A stretch of 64,000 nt of DNA from Opitutales bacterium (GTDB taxonomy: Bacteria > Verrucomicrobiota > Verrucomicrobiia > Opitutales > UBA953): contig JANRFG010000027.1 of NCBI GenBank assembly GCA_030725715.1, positions 2,649 through 66,648 of the forward strand, written 5' to 3'. Both the position numbers and the translations under genes were made by a program. Every line of letters begins with the position of its first letter. Position 1 is the first letter of the stretch. Below the pieces are notes generated by a model, which saw nothing but the letters and a program-made list of their open reading frames with translations, did no database searches and had not been told where the DNA came from. This document shows positions 1 to 7,007 of the stretch, piece after piece.

Positions 1-2
1 CG

Positions 3-278
3 GTCCGTCTGAGCTTCCGCTACGCCACCACCTACGGTTCCAACACGCCCGAAGCGTATGAGCGCCTGATCCTCGACGGCATCGTCGGCGACCGCACGCT
101 CTTCATCCGCGGCGACGAGACCGAAGCCTCCTGGCGCCTGTTCACGCCGCTCCTCCGGAGCTGGCAGCAGCAGGGCCGCGCCGGCATGGAGACCTATGCC
201 GCCGGTTCCTGGGGTCCCGCGGGCGGCGACGCCCTCCTGGCCGCCCACGGACACGCCTGGCGCAACGCCGGCCGCTGA
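3..278 (+). CDS. zwf: glucose-6-phosphate 1-dehydrogenase, C-terminal fragment (5' end lies outside the window)
   Basis: Frame 3 is open from the window edge to TGA 276-278. The translation VRLSFRYATTYGSNTPEAYERLILDGIVGDRTLFIRGDETEASWRLFTPLL...YAAGSWGP matches the conserved G6PD C-terminus. It is absent from the ORF track because there is no start codon in the window. Confidence 0.8.
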   Translation, partial: VRLSFRYATTYGSNTPEAYERLILDGIVGDRTLFIRGDETEASWRLFTPLLRSWQQQGRAGMETYAAGSWGPAGGDALLAAHGHAWRNAGR

Positions 279-280
279 TC

Positions 281-1249
281 ATGGCCCATCCGCTGATCGA
301 CGCGCTGCCGGGCTTCCCGGTCAAGATCTCCGCCGTCCTGCCGTCGCTCGACAAGGCGTGGGCCGACGAAGGCGAGAACGCCGCGCGCGCCTCGCAGATG
401 AACCTCGTGCTGATGTTCGGCGCCGGCGTCACGCCCGCCGACGCGCAGGCCCGTTTCGACGAAGCCATCCGCTTCGCCCAGCGCTATCCGTGCCGCCTCG
501 TCGTCCTCGCCGCCCGCCCGGCCGCCGAGGCCGCGGCCGCGCTCGAAGCCAAGGTCAACGTCCTCTGCTTCTTCGATCCGTCCCGCCGCGGCAAGCGCTG
601 CTGCGAGGCGCTCATGCTCGCCCACGGCGCGCCCACGCCCGAGCTCGAATCGCTCGTCTCCACCTGGCTCGAAGGCGACCTCCCGACCAACGTCTGGGTG
701 CACGGCGTGACCGTCGACGAATTCAAGCCCTGGCTGAACTGGACCGCCCGCTGCCGCCGCGTCGTCGCCGACCGCTCGCTCGTGGGCGACGCCTTCTTCC
801 TGCAGGCCTTCCCGAAGCCGAAGGCCGTCCGCGATCTTTCGGTCGCGCGTTGCCTTCCGGTCCGGCAGGCCCTCGGCCAGTATCTCGCCGCGCACAAGCC
901 GGCCGAACTTGTCCGCGGCCTCCGCTCCGTCACCGTCTCGCACCGCGCGGGCATGCGCGGCGAGGCCTACGGCATCCTCGAGTGGATGCGCTCCTGCCTG
1001 ACGCATTGCGCCGGGCTCACGCGCTCGCACCTCGACGTCATGTTCGCCCTTTCCGAGAAGCCTCCGGCGGGCGACTGCCTCGACGCCGAATGGGTCTTCG
1101 CCGACGGCGCCCGCTTCTCGTGGGAGCACTCCGAAGGCTGCTCGCACGCCACGATCGCCTTCACGCGCAGTCACGACAGCCGTAAGCTCTCGCAGAGCGT
1201 CGCCTTCATGGCCGCCCCGGAAGCCTTGTCCGAAGCGGTGTTTTTTTAA
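281..1249 (+). CDS. opcA: putative G6PD assembly protein OpcA-like
   Basis: 322-aa ORF starting 3 nt after the zwf stop. zwf-opcA adjacency is a conserved arrangement. I recognised no sharp motif by eye, so the family call rests on context and general resemblance. Confidence 0.5.
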   Translation: MAHPLIDALPGFPVKISAVLPSLDKAWADEGENAARASQMNLVLMFGAGVTPADAQARFDEAIRFAQRYPCRLVVLAARPAAEAAAALEAKVNVLCFFDPSRRGKRCCEALMLAHGAPTPELESLVSTWLEGDLPTNVWVHGVTVDEFKPWLNWTARCRRVVADRSLVGDAFFLQAFPKPKAVRDLSVARCLPVRQALGQYLAAHKPAELVRGLRSVTVSHRAGMRGEAYGILEWMRSCLTHCAGLTRSHLDVMFALSEKPPAGDCLDAEWVFADGARFSWEHSEGCSHATIAFTRSHDSRKLSQSVAFMAAPEALSEAVFF

Positions 1250-1251
1250 AA

Positions 1252-1277
1252 GGTAGGGACAGCACCACGTGCTGTCC
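1252..1277 (+). repeat. REP copy 1 (GTAG-containing tail + 9-bp stem GGACAGCAC/GTGCTGTCC + 3-nt loop)
   Basis: Read directly from the sequence. It overlaps the RAYT stop codon by 1 nt. Confidence 0.9.
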
Positions 1278-1768
1278 TAGTTTCCGAAGTATTCCCTTAC
1301 GCCCTCTGGACGGTCATATCCTTTCGTGTCCCACCAGGCCGAGTATGGCCATTCAGATGGTTTCAGGATGAAGCCTGCCCTGACGGGGTTCAGGAGGACG
1401 TAGTCCCTCTTCTCTAAGTAGTGCTCATAGGACCTGAGCCGATGATCAAACCCGCCTTTCTGCCACTCGGTCGGAAGGCGATGAGAGTAGTCACGTTTCA
1501 GCTCACCGAGCATTCGGGTGATGTCGGGGTTTCGCCGGATCTTCGCGATGATATGCAGGTGGTCCGGCATGGCTAGGACCAGCATGGGGTGCCATCGGTC
1601 CGTGTCCTTGGCGTGTTTCGCTGACGCCAGTAGGGCGCGCCATGCGTCGGGATTATCGAAGTGATGAATCCCTCTCCGCTTATGGCAGAGGGTTATGAAC
1701 AGCGGGTCATTCTCGTCGACCCACTCGGGCCGTCGGTTACGAAGGGAATCCCGAGAGTAGAAGGGCAT
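1277..1768 (-). CDS. REP-associated tyrosine transposase (RAYT, TnpA_REP; IS200/IS605 Y1 family)
   Basis: 163 aa. It has the HUH motif in MPDHLHIIA and the C-terminal YVLLNPVRAG region typical of Y1 transposases. It is flanked by inverted REPs and has low G+C relative to its surroundings. Confidence 0.8.
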   Translation of the reverse strand: MPFYSRDSLRNRRPEWVDENDPLFITLCHKRRGIHHFDNPDAWRALLASAKHAKDTDRWHPMLVLAMPDHLHIIAKIRRNPDITRMLGELKRDYSHRLPTEWQKGGFDHRLRSYEHYLEKRDYVLLNPVRAGFILKPSEWPYSAWWDTKGYDRPEGVREYFGN

Positions 1769-1818
1769 GCGTCAGTTTAGTGACACAGGGCAGGCTTAGG
1801 GAGTGGGGAGATACCTTA

Positions 1819-1844
1819 GGACAGCACGTGGTGCTGTCCCTACC
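1819..1844 (-). repeat. REP copy 2 (exact reverse complement of copy 1)
   Basis: GGACAGCACGTGGTGCTGTCCCTACC, read directly from the sequence. Confidence 0.9.
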
Positions 1845-1853
1845 TCGTTGCCC

Positions 1854-2462
1854 TCAAGCCACCCCATTCTCCCTCAGCCACGCGGCCATGAGTTGGAAGG
1901 CTTTGGCGCGGTGGCTGATCGAATCTTTCTTGGCGGGGCTGAGCTCGCCGAAGGTGCGATCCTCATTGGCGGGCACGAAGAGCGAATCGTAACCGAAGCC
2001 TTCGCTGCCGACTTCGGCTTCGAGGATCTTGCCCCAGCACTGGCCGACGAACTTGCCGACTTCCTGGTTGGGCCCAAGGAGGATGAGGTGGCATTCGAAA
2101 CGCGCGCCGCGCTTATGGGGCGGAGCCTTCTTCATCGCTTCGAGCAGCTTCGTGCGGTTCTGCGCATCGGTCGCGCCCATGCCGGCGTAGACCGCGGAGT
2201 CGACGCCCGGTCCGCCCTGCAAAGCGTCGCAGCACAGGCCGCTGTCATCCGCGAGCACCCAGGCCTTGCGCGGCGCGATCGCGCGCAGGGCTTCGGCCTT
2301 CAGGCGGCAGTTGCCGTTGAAGGTGCCGGAGATCTCTTCGACATACGGCATGCCGCCGAGGTCCTTGGCCGAGCGCACGCGCACGTCGAGCCGCGCCTTG
2401 GCGAACATGCGGCCGAATTCCTCGGCCTTATGCGCATTGCCCGTCGCCAGAAAGATTTCCAT
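1854..2462 (-). CDS. rdgB: dITP/XTP pyrophosphatase (Ham1/RdgB family)
   Basis: 202 aa. Hallmarks of non-canonical purine NTP pyrophosphatases: MEIFLATGNAHKAEEF, DDSGLCCDAL, GFGYDSLF, SHRAKAF. Confidence 0.85.
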   Translation of the reverse strand: MEIFLATGNAHKAEEFGRMFAKARLDVRVRSAKDLGGMPYVEEISGTFNGNCRLKAEALRAIAPRKAWVLADDSGLCCDALQGGPGVDSAVYAGMGATDAQNRTKLLEAMKKAPPHKRGARFECHLILLGPNQEVGKFVGQCWGKILEAEVGSEGFGYDSLFVPANEDRTFGELSPAKKDSISHRAKAFQLMAAWLRENGVA

Positions 2463-2497
2463 GGCGGGAATGTGAGAGGCCGCAGGAAATAAAGCAA

Positions 2498-2743
2498 GGG
2501 GTAGGGGTTGGGGTAGGGGTAGGAGATGGAAAATTCCGGGTGGCGGCCTCGGGTGGCAGGTGGCGGGAGCGCATTTTCAGGTCTCAGGTCTCGGCCGTCA
2601 GGTACCGGGTACGGGTATTCAGGTTCAGGTGCAGGCGTCGGGATGATTGCCTGCCACCCGCTACCTGGGGCCGCCACCTGCCACCCGAGAATAATTGTTC
2701 TCTCTGCCTTTCCTGCCCCCACCCCCACCCCTATCCCTACCCC
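2498..2743. repeat. nested inverted-repeat mosaic element (G-run ... GGTGGC arms ... C-run)
   Basis: GGGGTAGGGGTTGGGGTAGGGG at 2498-2519 faces CCCCCACCCCCACCCCTATCCCTACCCC at 2716-2743. The inner arms at 2548-2566 and 2671-2689 are exact 19-nt complements. 2599-2610 and 2656-2667 are complementary with 1 mismatch. Confidence 0.8.
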
Positions 2744-2795
2744 TTCGCTATTGTTTCCGCCCCTTTCCTCCGCCAAGGTGTCCCCAGCGTTTGGC

Positions 2796-2831
2796 CTAAC
2801 CGCCAACCGCTAACCGCCGTCCCCTAACCGC
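2796..2831 (+). repeat. degenerate (C)TAACCGC word array directly upstream of coaB
   Basis: ctaaccgc-caaccgc-taaccgc-cgtccc-ctaaccgc, ending 10 nt before the TTG start at 2841. Confidence 0.7.
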
Positions 2832-2840
2832 TTTCGCCCC

Positions 2841-3494
2841 TTGTCCCTCCGCTGCCTCATCACCGCCGGTCCTACGCGCGAGTTCTTCGATCCGGTCCGC
2901 TTCATCAGCAATCCGTCGACGGGCAAGATGGGCTTCGCCTTGGCCGCAGCCGCGAAAGAAGCCGGCTGGTCGGTCGACCTGGTCGCCGGCCCGGTCTCCC
3001 TCCCGGAACCCGCGGGCGTGATGGTCTACCCGGTCGTCACGGCCGCCGAGATGCATCGGCAGGCTGACGCCTTGTTCGGTCCCTGTGACGTCCTGATCAT
3101 GACGGCCGCCGTCAGCGACTGGCGCCCGAAGGCGACCGCCCCGCAGAAGCTCAAGAAGGACGGGCAGGGGATGACGGTCGAACTCGAGCCGGTGCCGGAT
3201 ATCGTCTCGGCCCTCGCCGAAGAACGCCGCACCGACCAGTTCCTCGTGGGCTTCGCCGCCGAGACCGAGAACGTCGAGGTCCACGCCCTTGATAAGCTCG
3301 AGCGCAAAGGGCTCGACCTGATCGCCGCCAACTCCGTCGCCGGCCCCGAGGGCGCCTTCGGTTCCGACGAGAACAAACTCATCCTGCTGGGTCGGAATGG
3401 TTACCGCGAGGTGATCGGTCCGGCCTCCAAGGCCGCCGTCGCGCGCCAGCTCATCGCCGCCATCACCCGCCTCGTCGCGGCGCGCTCCGCCTGA
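2841..3494 (+). CDS. coaB: phosphopantothenate--cysteine ligase (stand-alone CoaB domain)
   Basis: 217 aa with a TTG start. [26 protein letters not shown] and AAVSDWRP are CoaB motifs of Dfp/CoaBC. No CoaC flavoprotein domain is encoded upstream. Confidence 0.8.
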   Translation: MSLRCLITAGPTREFFDPVRFISNPSTGKMGFALAAAAKEAGWSVDLVAGPVSLPEPAGVMVYPVVTAAEMHRQADALFGPCDVLIMTAAVSDWRPKATAPQKLKKDGQGMTVELEPVPDIVSALAEERRTDQFLVGFAAETENVEVHALDKLERKGLDLIAANSVAGPEGAFGSDENKLILLGRNGYREVIGPASKAAVARQLIAAITRLVAARSA

Positions 3495-3496
3495 CC

Positions 3497-4666
3497 ATGG
3501 CCCGTCGTCGCTTCAGCCCGCTTGACCGCGTCCTCGGCCGTATCGACGACCTCGACGCGCAGAACCTTGCGATCCTCGCCCGTCGCCTCGAGCGCGAGCG
3601 CGACCTCATGGAGACGGTGCTGGATACCCTCCGCGAGGGCGTGATCGTGCTCTCGCATGACGGCGCGATCGAATACGCCAACGCCTCCGCCGTCCGCCTC
3701 CTCGGCGTCAATCCGGACGACGTCGCGGGCGCCGAGCTGCGCCGCCTTTCGCCCGATATCGCCCAGGCCCTCGAACTGCCCGAGACCGTCGGCGCCCTCA
3801 CGCGAGAGCTCGAGGTGCGTTATCCTGAGCCGCGCCTGCTCACCCTTCACCTCGCCCGCGTCGGCGAGCAGCAGGGCGCCGAGCGTAGCCGCCGCGTGGC
3901 CGTCCTCAGCGACGTCACCAAGGAGCGCGTCCAGACCGAGGACCGTGTCGAAACCGAGCGCATCGATTCCATCGTCTCCCTCGCCGCGGGCGTCGCCCAC
4001 GAGGTCGGCAATCCCCTCAACGCGATCGGCATCCACCTTCAGCTCCTCCAGCGCGAAGCCGCCAAGCTCGGCGATTCGCCGGCCGCGGAGAAGGTCCGCA
4101 AGGCCGCCGAGGTCTGCCAGGGCGAGATCAAGCGCCTCGACGGCATCGTGCGCGATTTCCTCGGGGCCGTCCGCCAGACGCCGCCGCACCTCACCGATAC
4201 CGACCTCGTCACTGTCGTCGCCGAAGCCACCGGCCTCCTGCGCGAGCAGATGGAACAGCTCGGCGTGCGCGTCTCGCTCGACGTCCCTGGCGAACTCCCG
4301 CTCATCCTCGGCGACCGCAACCAGATCAAGCAGGCGCTCTTCAACGTGATGAAGAACGCCCTCGAGGCCATGGACCGCGGCGGCGACATCCACGTGAAAC
4401 TGTCCTCCGACGACGAATGGGTCGTGCTATCCATCCGCGACACGGGGGTGGGTATCCCCGCCGACAGGCTGACCCGCGTCTTCGACGCCTATTACACCAC
4501 GAAAGCCTCCGGCGGCGGCATCGGCATGCTCATCCTCCTGCGCATCCTCCGGGCCCATGGCGGCACGGTGGATATCCAGAGCACCCCGGACGTCGGCACG
4601 ACCGTCATCCTGCGTTTCCCCCTCAAGCATCGCCGGGTCCGCACGTTGGAAGCCCCGAAGTCTTGA
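3497..4666 (+). CDS. sensor histidine kinase (PAS-like input domain, HisKA + HATPase_c)
   Basis: 389 aa. H-box [10 protein letters not shown]; N box [10 protein letters not shown]; G boxes DTGVGIP and [12 protein letters not shown]. Confidence 0.85.
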   Translation: MARRRFSPLDRVLGRIDDLDAQNLAILARRLERERDLMETVLDTLREGVIVLSHDGAIEYANASAVRLLGVNPDDVAGAELRRLSPDIAQALELPETVGALTRELEVRYPEPRLLTLHLARVGEQQGAERSRRVAVLSDVTKERVQTEDRVETERIDSIVSLAAGVAHEVGNPLNAIGIHLQLLQREAAKLGDSPAAEKVRKAAEVCQGEIKRLDGIVRDFLGAVRQTPPHLTDTDLVTVVAEATGLLREQMEQLGVRVSLDVPGELPLILGDRNQIKQALFNVMKNALEAMDRGGDIHVKLSSDDEWVVLSIRDTGVGIPADRLTRVFDAYYTTKASGGGIGMLILLRILRAHGGTVDIQSTPDVGTTVILRFPLKHRRVRTLEAPKS

Positions 4667-4703
4667 AACCCGTCCGCTTTCCCGTTGTCTTAACCTTATC
4701 CCC

Positions 4704-5351
4704 ATGAAGTCCCTCGCCCTCTGCCTGCTCGCTCTCCCCGCCTTCGTCCTGGCACAGGATAAGGAACTCCCGCTCGAGCTGCCGAAGTCCGTCGCGCTCG
4801 GCACGCCGCGTCCGGTGAAGATCAGCAACCTCGAGCCGGTCTCTTCCGCCCCGCGCAAGCTGCCGAAGGTCCCGTCCGCCGCCGTCAACCTCGCCAAGGG
4901 CGCGAACGTGACCTCCTCCGCCCGTGAAGCCGCCGCCGGCGACTTCTCCTACGTCACCGACGGTGACAAGGGCGGCGAAGAAGGCTTCGAAGTCGAACTG
5001 CCCCGCGGCCATCACTGGGTCCAGGTGGACCTCGCCAAGTCGGCCGAGATCAGCGCCATCGCCCTCTGGCACTTCCACCGCGAGCGCCGCGTCTACTTCA
5101 ACGTGATCGTCCAGATTTCCGACGATTCCTCCTTCAAGAGCGGCGTCACCACCGTCTACAACAACGACGCCGAGGGCGAGCTGGGCCTGGGCAAGGGCAA
5201 GGACTACTGCTACTACGAGTCCAACGAAGGCCGCGTGATCCCGGTCGCCGCTGTCAAGGGTCGCTACGTCCGCTTCCACTCCAAGGGTAACTCCGCCGGA
5301 CCTTCGAACGACTACATCGAAGCCGAAGTCTGGGGCGTCCCGGCCAAGTAA
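4704..5351 (+). CDS. secreted discoidin (F5/8 type C, galactose-binding-like) domain protein
   Basis: The internal ATG at 4704 of ORF 4557..5351 gives the signal peptide MKSLALCLLALPAFVLAQ. HWVQVDL, IALWHF, GRYVRF and EVWG resemble the discoidin fold. Confidence 0.6.
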   Translation: MKSLALCLLALPAFVLAQDKELPLELPKSVALGTPRPVKISNLEPVSSAPRKLPKVPSAAVNLAKGANVTSSAREAAAGDFSYVTDGDKGGEEGFEVELPRGHHWVQVDLAKSAEISAIALWHFHRERRVYFNVIVQISDDSSFKSGVTTVYNNDAEGELGLGKGKDYCYYESNEGRVIPVAAVKGRYVRFHSKGNSAGPSNDYIEAEVWGVPAK

Positions 5352-5398
5352 GGCCGGACTTTGCTTGAATCGGGCGGGCTTGCCCGCACCTTGAAGCC

Positions 5399-6271
5399 GT
5401 GAAGGTCATCCGAGCCAAGTCCGCGGGTTTCTGCTGGGGCGTCGAACGCGCCATCGATATCGCCCGCGAATACGCGCAGAAGGGCCGCCACCCCGTCTAC
5501 ACCGACGGTCCGCTGATCCATAACCGCCAGATGATGGAGGTCCTCACCGGCGAGGGCATCCGCGAGGTCGGCGATTACCGCAGCGAGGCCAAGCTCGAGG
5601 TCTCGAAGGCCACCGATGCGGGCGCCGTCATGGTCGTCCGCGCGCACGGCATCTCGCCGGAGCGTCGCGAATACCTCAAGTCGCTGGGCATGGAATTCCG
5701 CGACGCCACCTGTCCCGACGTCGGCATCATCGCCGGCAAGGTGCGCCTGCATGCGCGCAAGGGCTACGCCACCGTCATCTTCGGCGACCCCAAGCATCCT
5801 GAAGTCATCGGCCTCCTTGGTTACGCCGAAGGCAAGGGACACGTCATCACTTCGCCGGAAGAGATCGCCGCGCTCCCCGACCTCGGTGCGCAGGTCTGCA
5901 TGGTCTCGCAGTCGACGATGTTCACCGACGAATTCGAGCGGCTCGCCGCGCTGCTTAAGACCCGTTTCCCGGGCGCCCTGATTTTCGATACCATCTGCGG
6001 AGCCACGAAGGATCGCCAGGCGGATATCCTCGAACTGCAGAAGCAGGGCTGCCAGGCGATTGTCGTCATCGGCGGCCGTCATTCGGCCAACACCGTGAAG
6101 CTCGCCAAGCTCGTCGAGATCCAGGGCCTGCCTTGCTTCCACGTCGAGACCGCGGCCGAACTGGACTTCGCCGCGCTGGCCCGTTTCGGCACCGTCGGCG
6201 TGACCGCCGGCGCGTCGACGCCGGCCTTCCTGATCGACGAAGTCTGCGTACGTCTGGAAAAGGCCGCTTAA
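5399..6271 (+). CDS. ispH: 4-hydroxy-3-methylbut-2-enyl diphosphate reductase
   Basis: 290 aa with a GTG start. Motifs: SAGFCWGVERAI, VRAHGISPE, ATCPDV, SQSTM, GGRHSANT. Confidence 0.9.
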   Translation: MKVIRAKSAGFCWGVERAIDIAREYAQKGRHPVYTDGPLIHNRQMMEVLTGEGIREVGDYRSEAKLEVSKATDAGAVMVVRAHGISPERREYLKSLGMEFRDATCPDVGIIAGKVRLHARKGYATVIFGDPKHPEVIGLLGYAEGKGHVITSPEEIAALPDLGAQVCMVSQSTMFTDEFERLAALLKTRFPGALIFDTICGATKDRQADILELQKQGCQAIVVIGGRHSANTVKLAKLVEIQGLPCFHVETAAELDFAALARFGTVGVTAGASTPAFLIDEVCVRLEKAA

Positions 6272-6346
6272 GCCTGTCTGGGAAGGGCTTAAGCCGTTCC
6301 AATTGACGCTTAAAATTATCCCCCGACCGACCCCTGCCGACTTGCA

Positions 6347-6363
6347 GGGTGGGGCGGGTAGGG
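6347..6363 (+). other. G-quadruplex-type motif GGGTGGGGCGGGTAGGG immediately upstream of lemA
   Basis: Four G-runs of at least 3 with 1-2 nt loops, ending 4 nt before TTG 6368 and 16 nt before ATG 6380. Confidence 0.6.
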
Positions 6364-6367
6364 TAAC

Positions 6368-6991
6368 TTGAGTCTCAATATGAGCGCCTTCGTCTCCGTC
6401 CTGCTGGTCTTCCTCCTCGTCATCGTCGCCGCCCTCGTCATCGCGGCGATCTGGGGCGTGGGCATCTACAACAGCCTCGTCGCGCTGCGAAACGCCTGTA
6501 AGAACGCCTTCGCCCAGGTCGACGTGCAGCTCAAGCGCCGCCACGACCTGATCCCGAACCTCGTCGAGACCGCCAAGGGCTACATGGCCCACGAGAGCGG
6601 CACCCTCACCGCGGTCATCGAGGCTCGCGCCAAGGCCACCCAGGCCAACGTCCGTTTCGCCGGCAACCCGAACGACCCCGCCGCCATGCGCGACCTCAGC
6701 CAGGCCGAAGCCGGCCTCAGCGGCGCCCTCGGCCGCCTGATGGTCGTCGCCGAACAGTATCCCCAGCTCAAGGCCGACGCCACCATGCGCTCTCTCATGG
6801 AGGAACTCACCTCGACCGAGAACCGCATCGCCTTCTCCCGTCAGGCCTTCAACGACGCCGTCCTGTTCTACAACAACGGCCGCGAAGTCTTCCCGCAGAT
6901 CTTCATCGCGAACGCCTTCGGCTTCCAGGCCGGCGAGTTCTTCAAGATCGAAGATCCGGCCGAGAAGGCCGCCCCGAAGGTCTCGTTCTAA
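6368..6991 (+). CDS. lemA: LemA family membrane protein
   Basis: 207 aa (alternative ATG at 6380). It has an N-terminal TM helix followed by YNSLV.LRN....AFAQVDVQLKRRHDLIPNLVETAKGY, which is typical of LemA. Confidence 0.85.
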   Translation: MSLNMSAFVSVLLVFLLVIVAALVIAAIWGVGIYNSLVALRNACKNAFAQVDVQLKRRHDLIPNLVETAKGYMAHESGTLTAVIEARAKATQANVRFAGNPNDPAAMRDLSQAEAGLSGALGRLMVVAEQYPQLKADATMRSLMEELTSTENRIAFSRQAFNDAVLFYNNGREVFPQIFIANAFGFQAGEFFKIEDPAEKAAPKVSF

Positions 6992-7007
6992 GCGCTGACC
7001 ACGGCCC

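Larger units (their letters stand above)
1252..1844 (-). mobile_element. REP - RAYT - REP unit (domesticated IS200/IS605-like Y1 transposase flanked by inverted REP hairpins)
   Basis: The 26-nt GGTAGGGACAGCACCACGTGCTGTCC at 1252-1277 and its exact reverse complement at 1819-1844 bracket the HUH/Y1 transposase ORF. The ORF is visibly lower in G+C than its neighbours (mid-50s % on hand-counted lines versus high 60s). Confidence 0.8.

Noticed and set aside
194-1174. Long antisense or alternative-frame ORFs overlapping well-supported genes. Examples: 194..1174-, 196..1185+, 3401..4393-, 5312..7066-, 7755..8897-, 8930..10642+, 11957..13840+, 15226..17004+, 22535..23614-, 24419..25555-, 27226..28674+, 29384..31984-, 33606..35291+, 40993..42459+, 42182..43954+, 43608..45815+, 48101..49867-, 49653..51059-, 53206..54783+, 59468..61387+, 61085..62419-.
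   Set aside because: These are typical shadow ORFs of high-GC DNA. Their translations are Arg/Ala/Gly/Pro-rich low-complexity strings without recognisable motifs, and each lies opposite or out of frame to a gene with clear family signatures.
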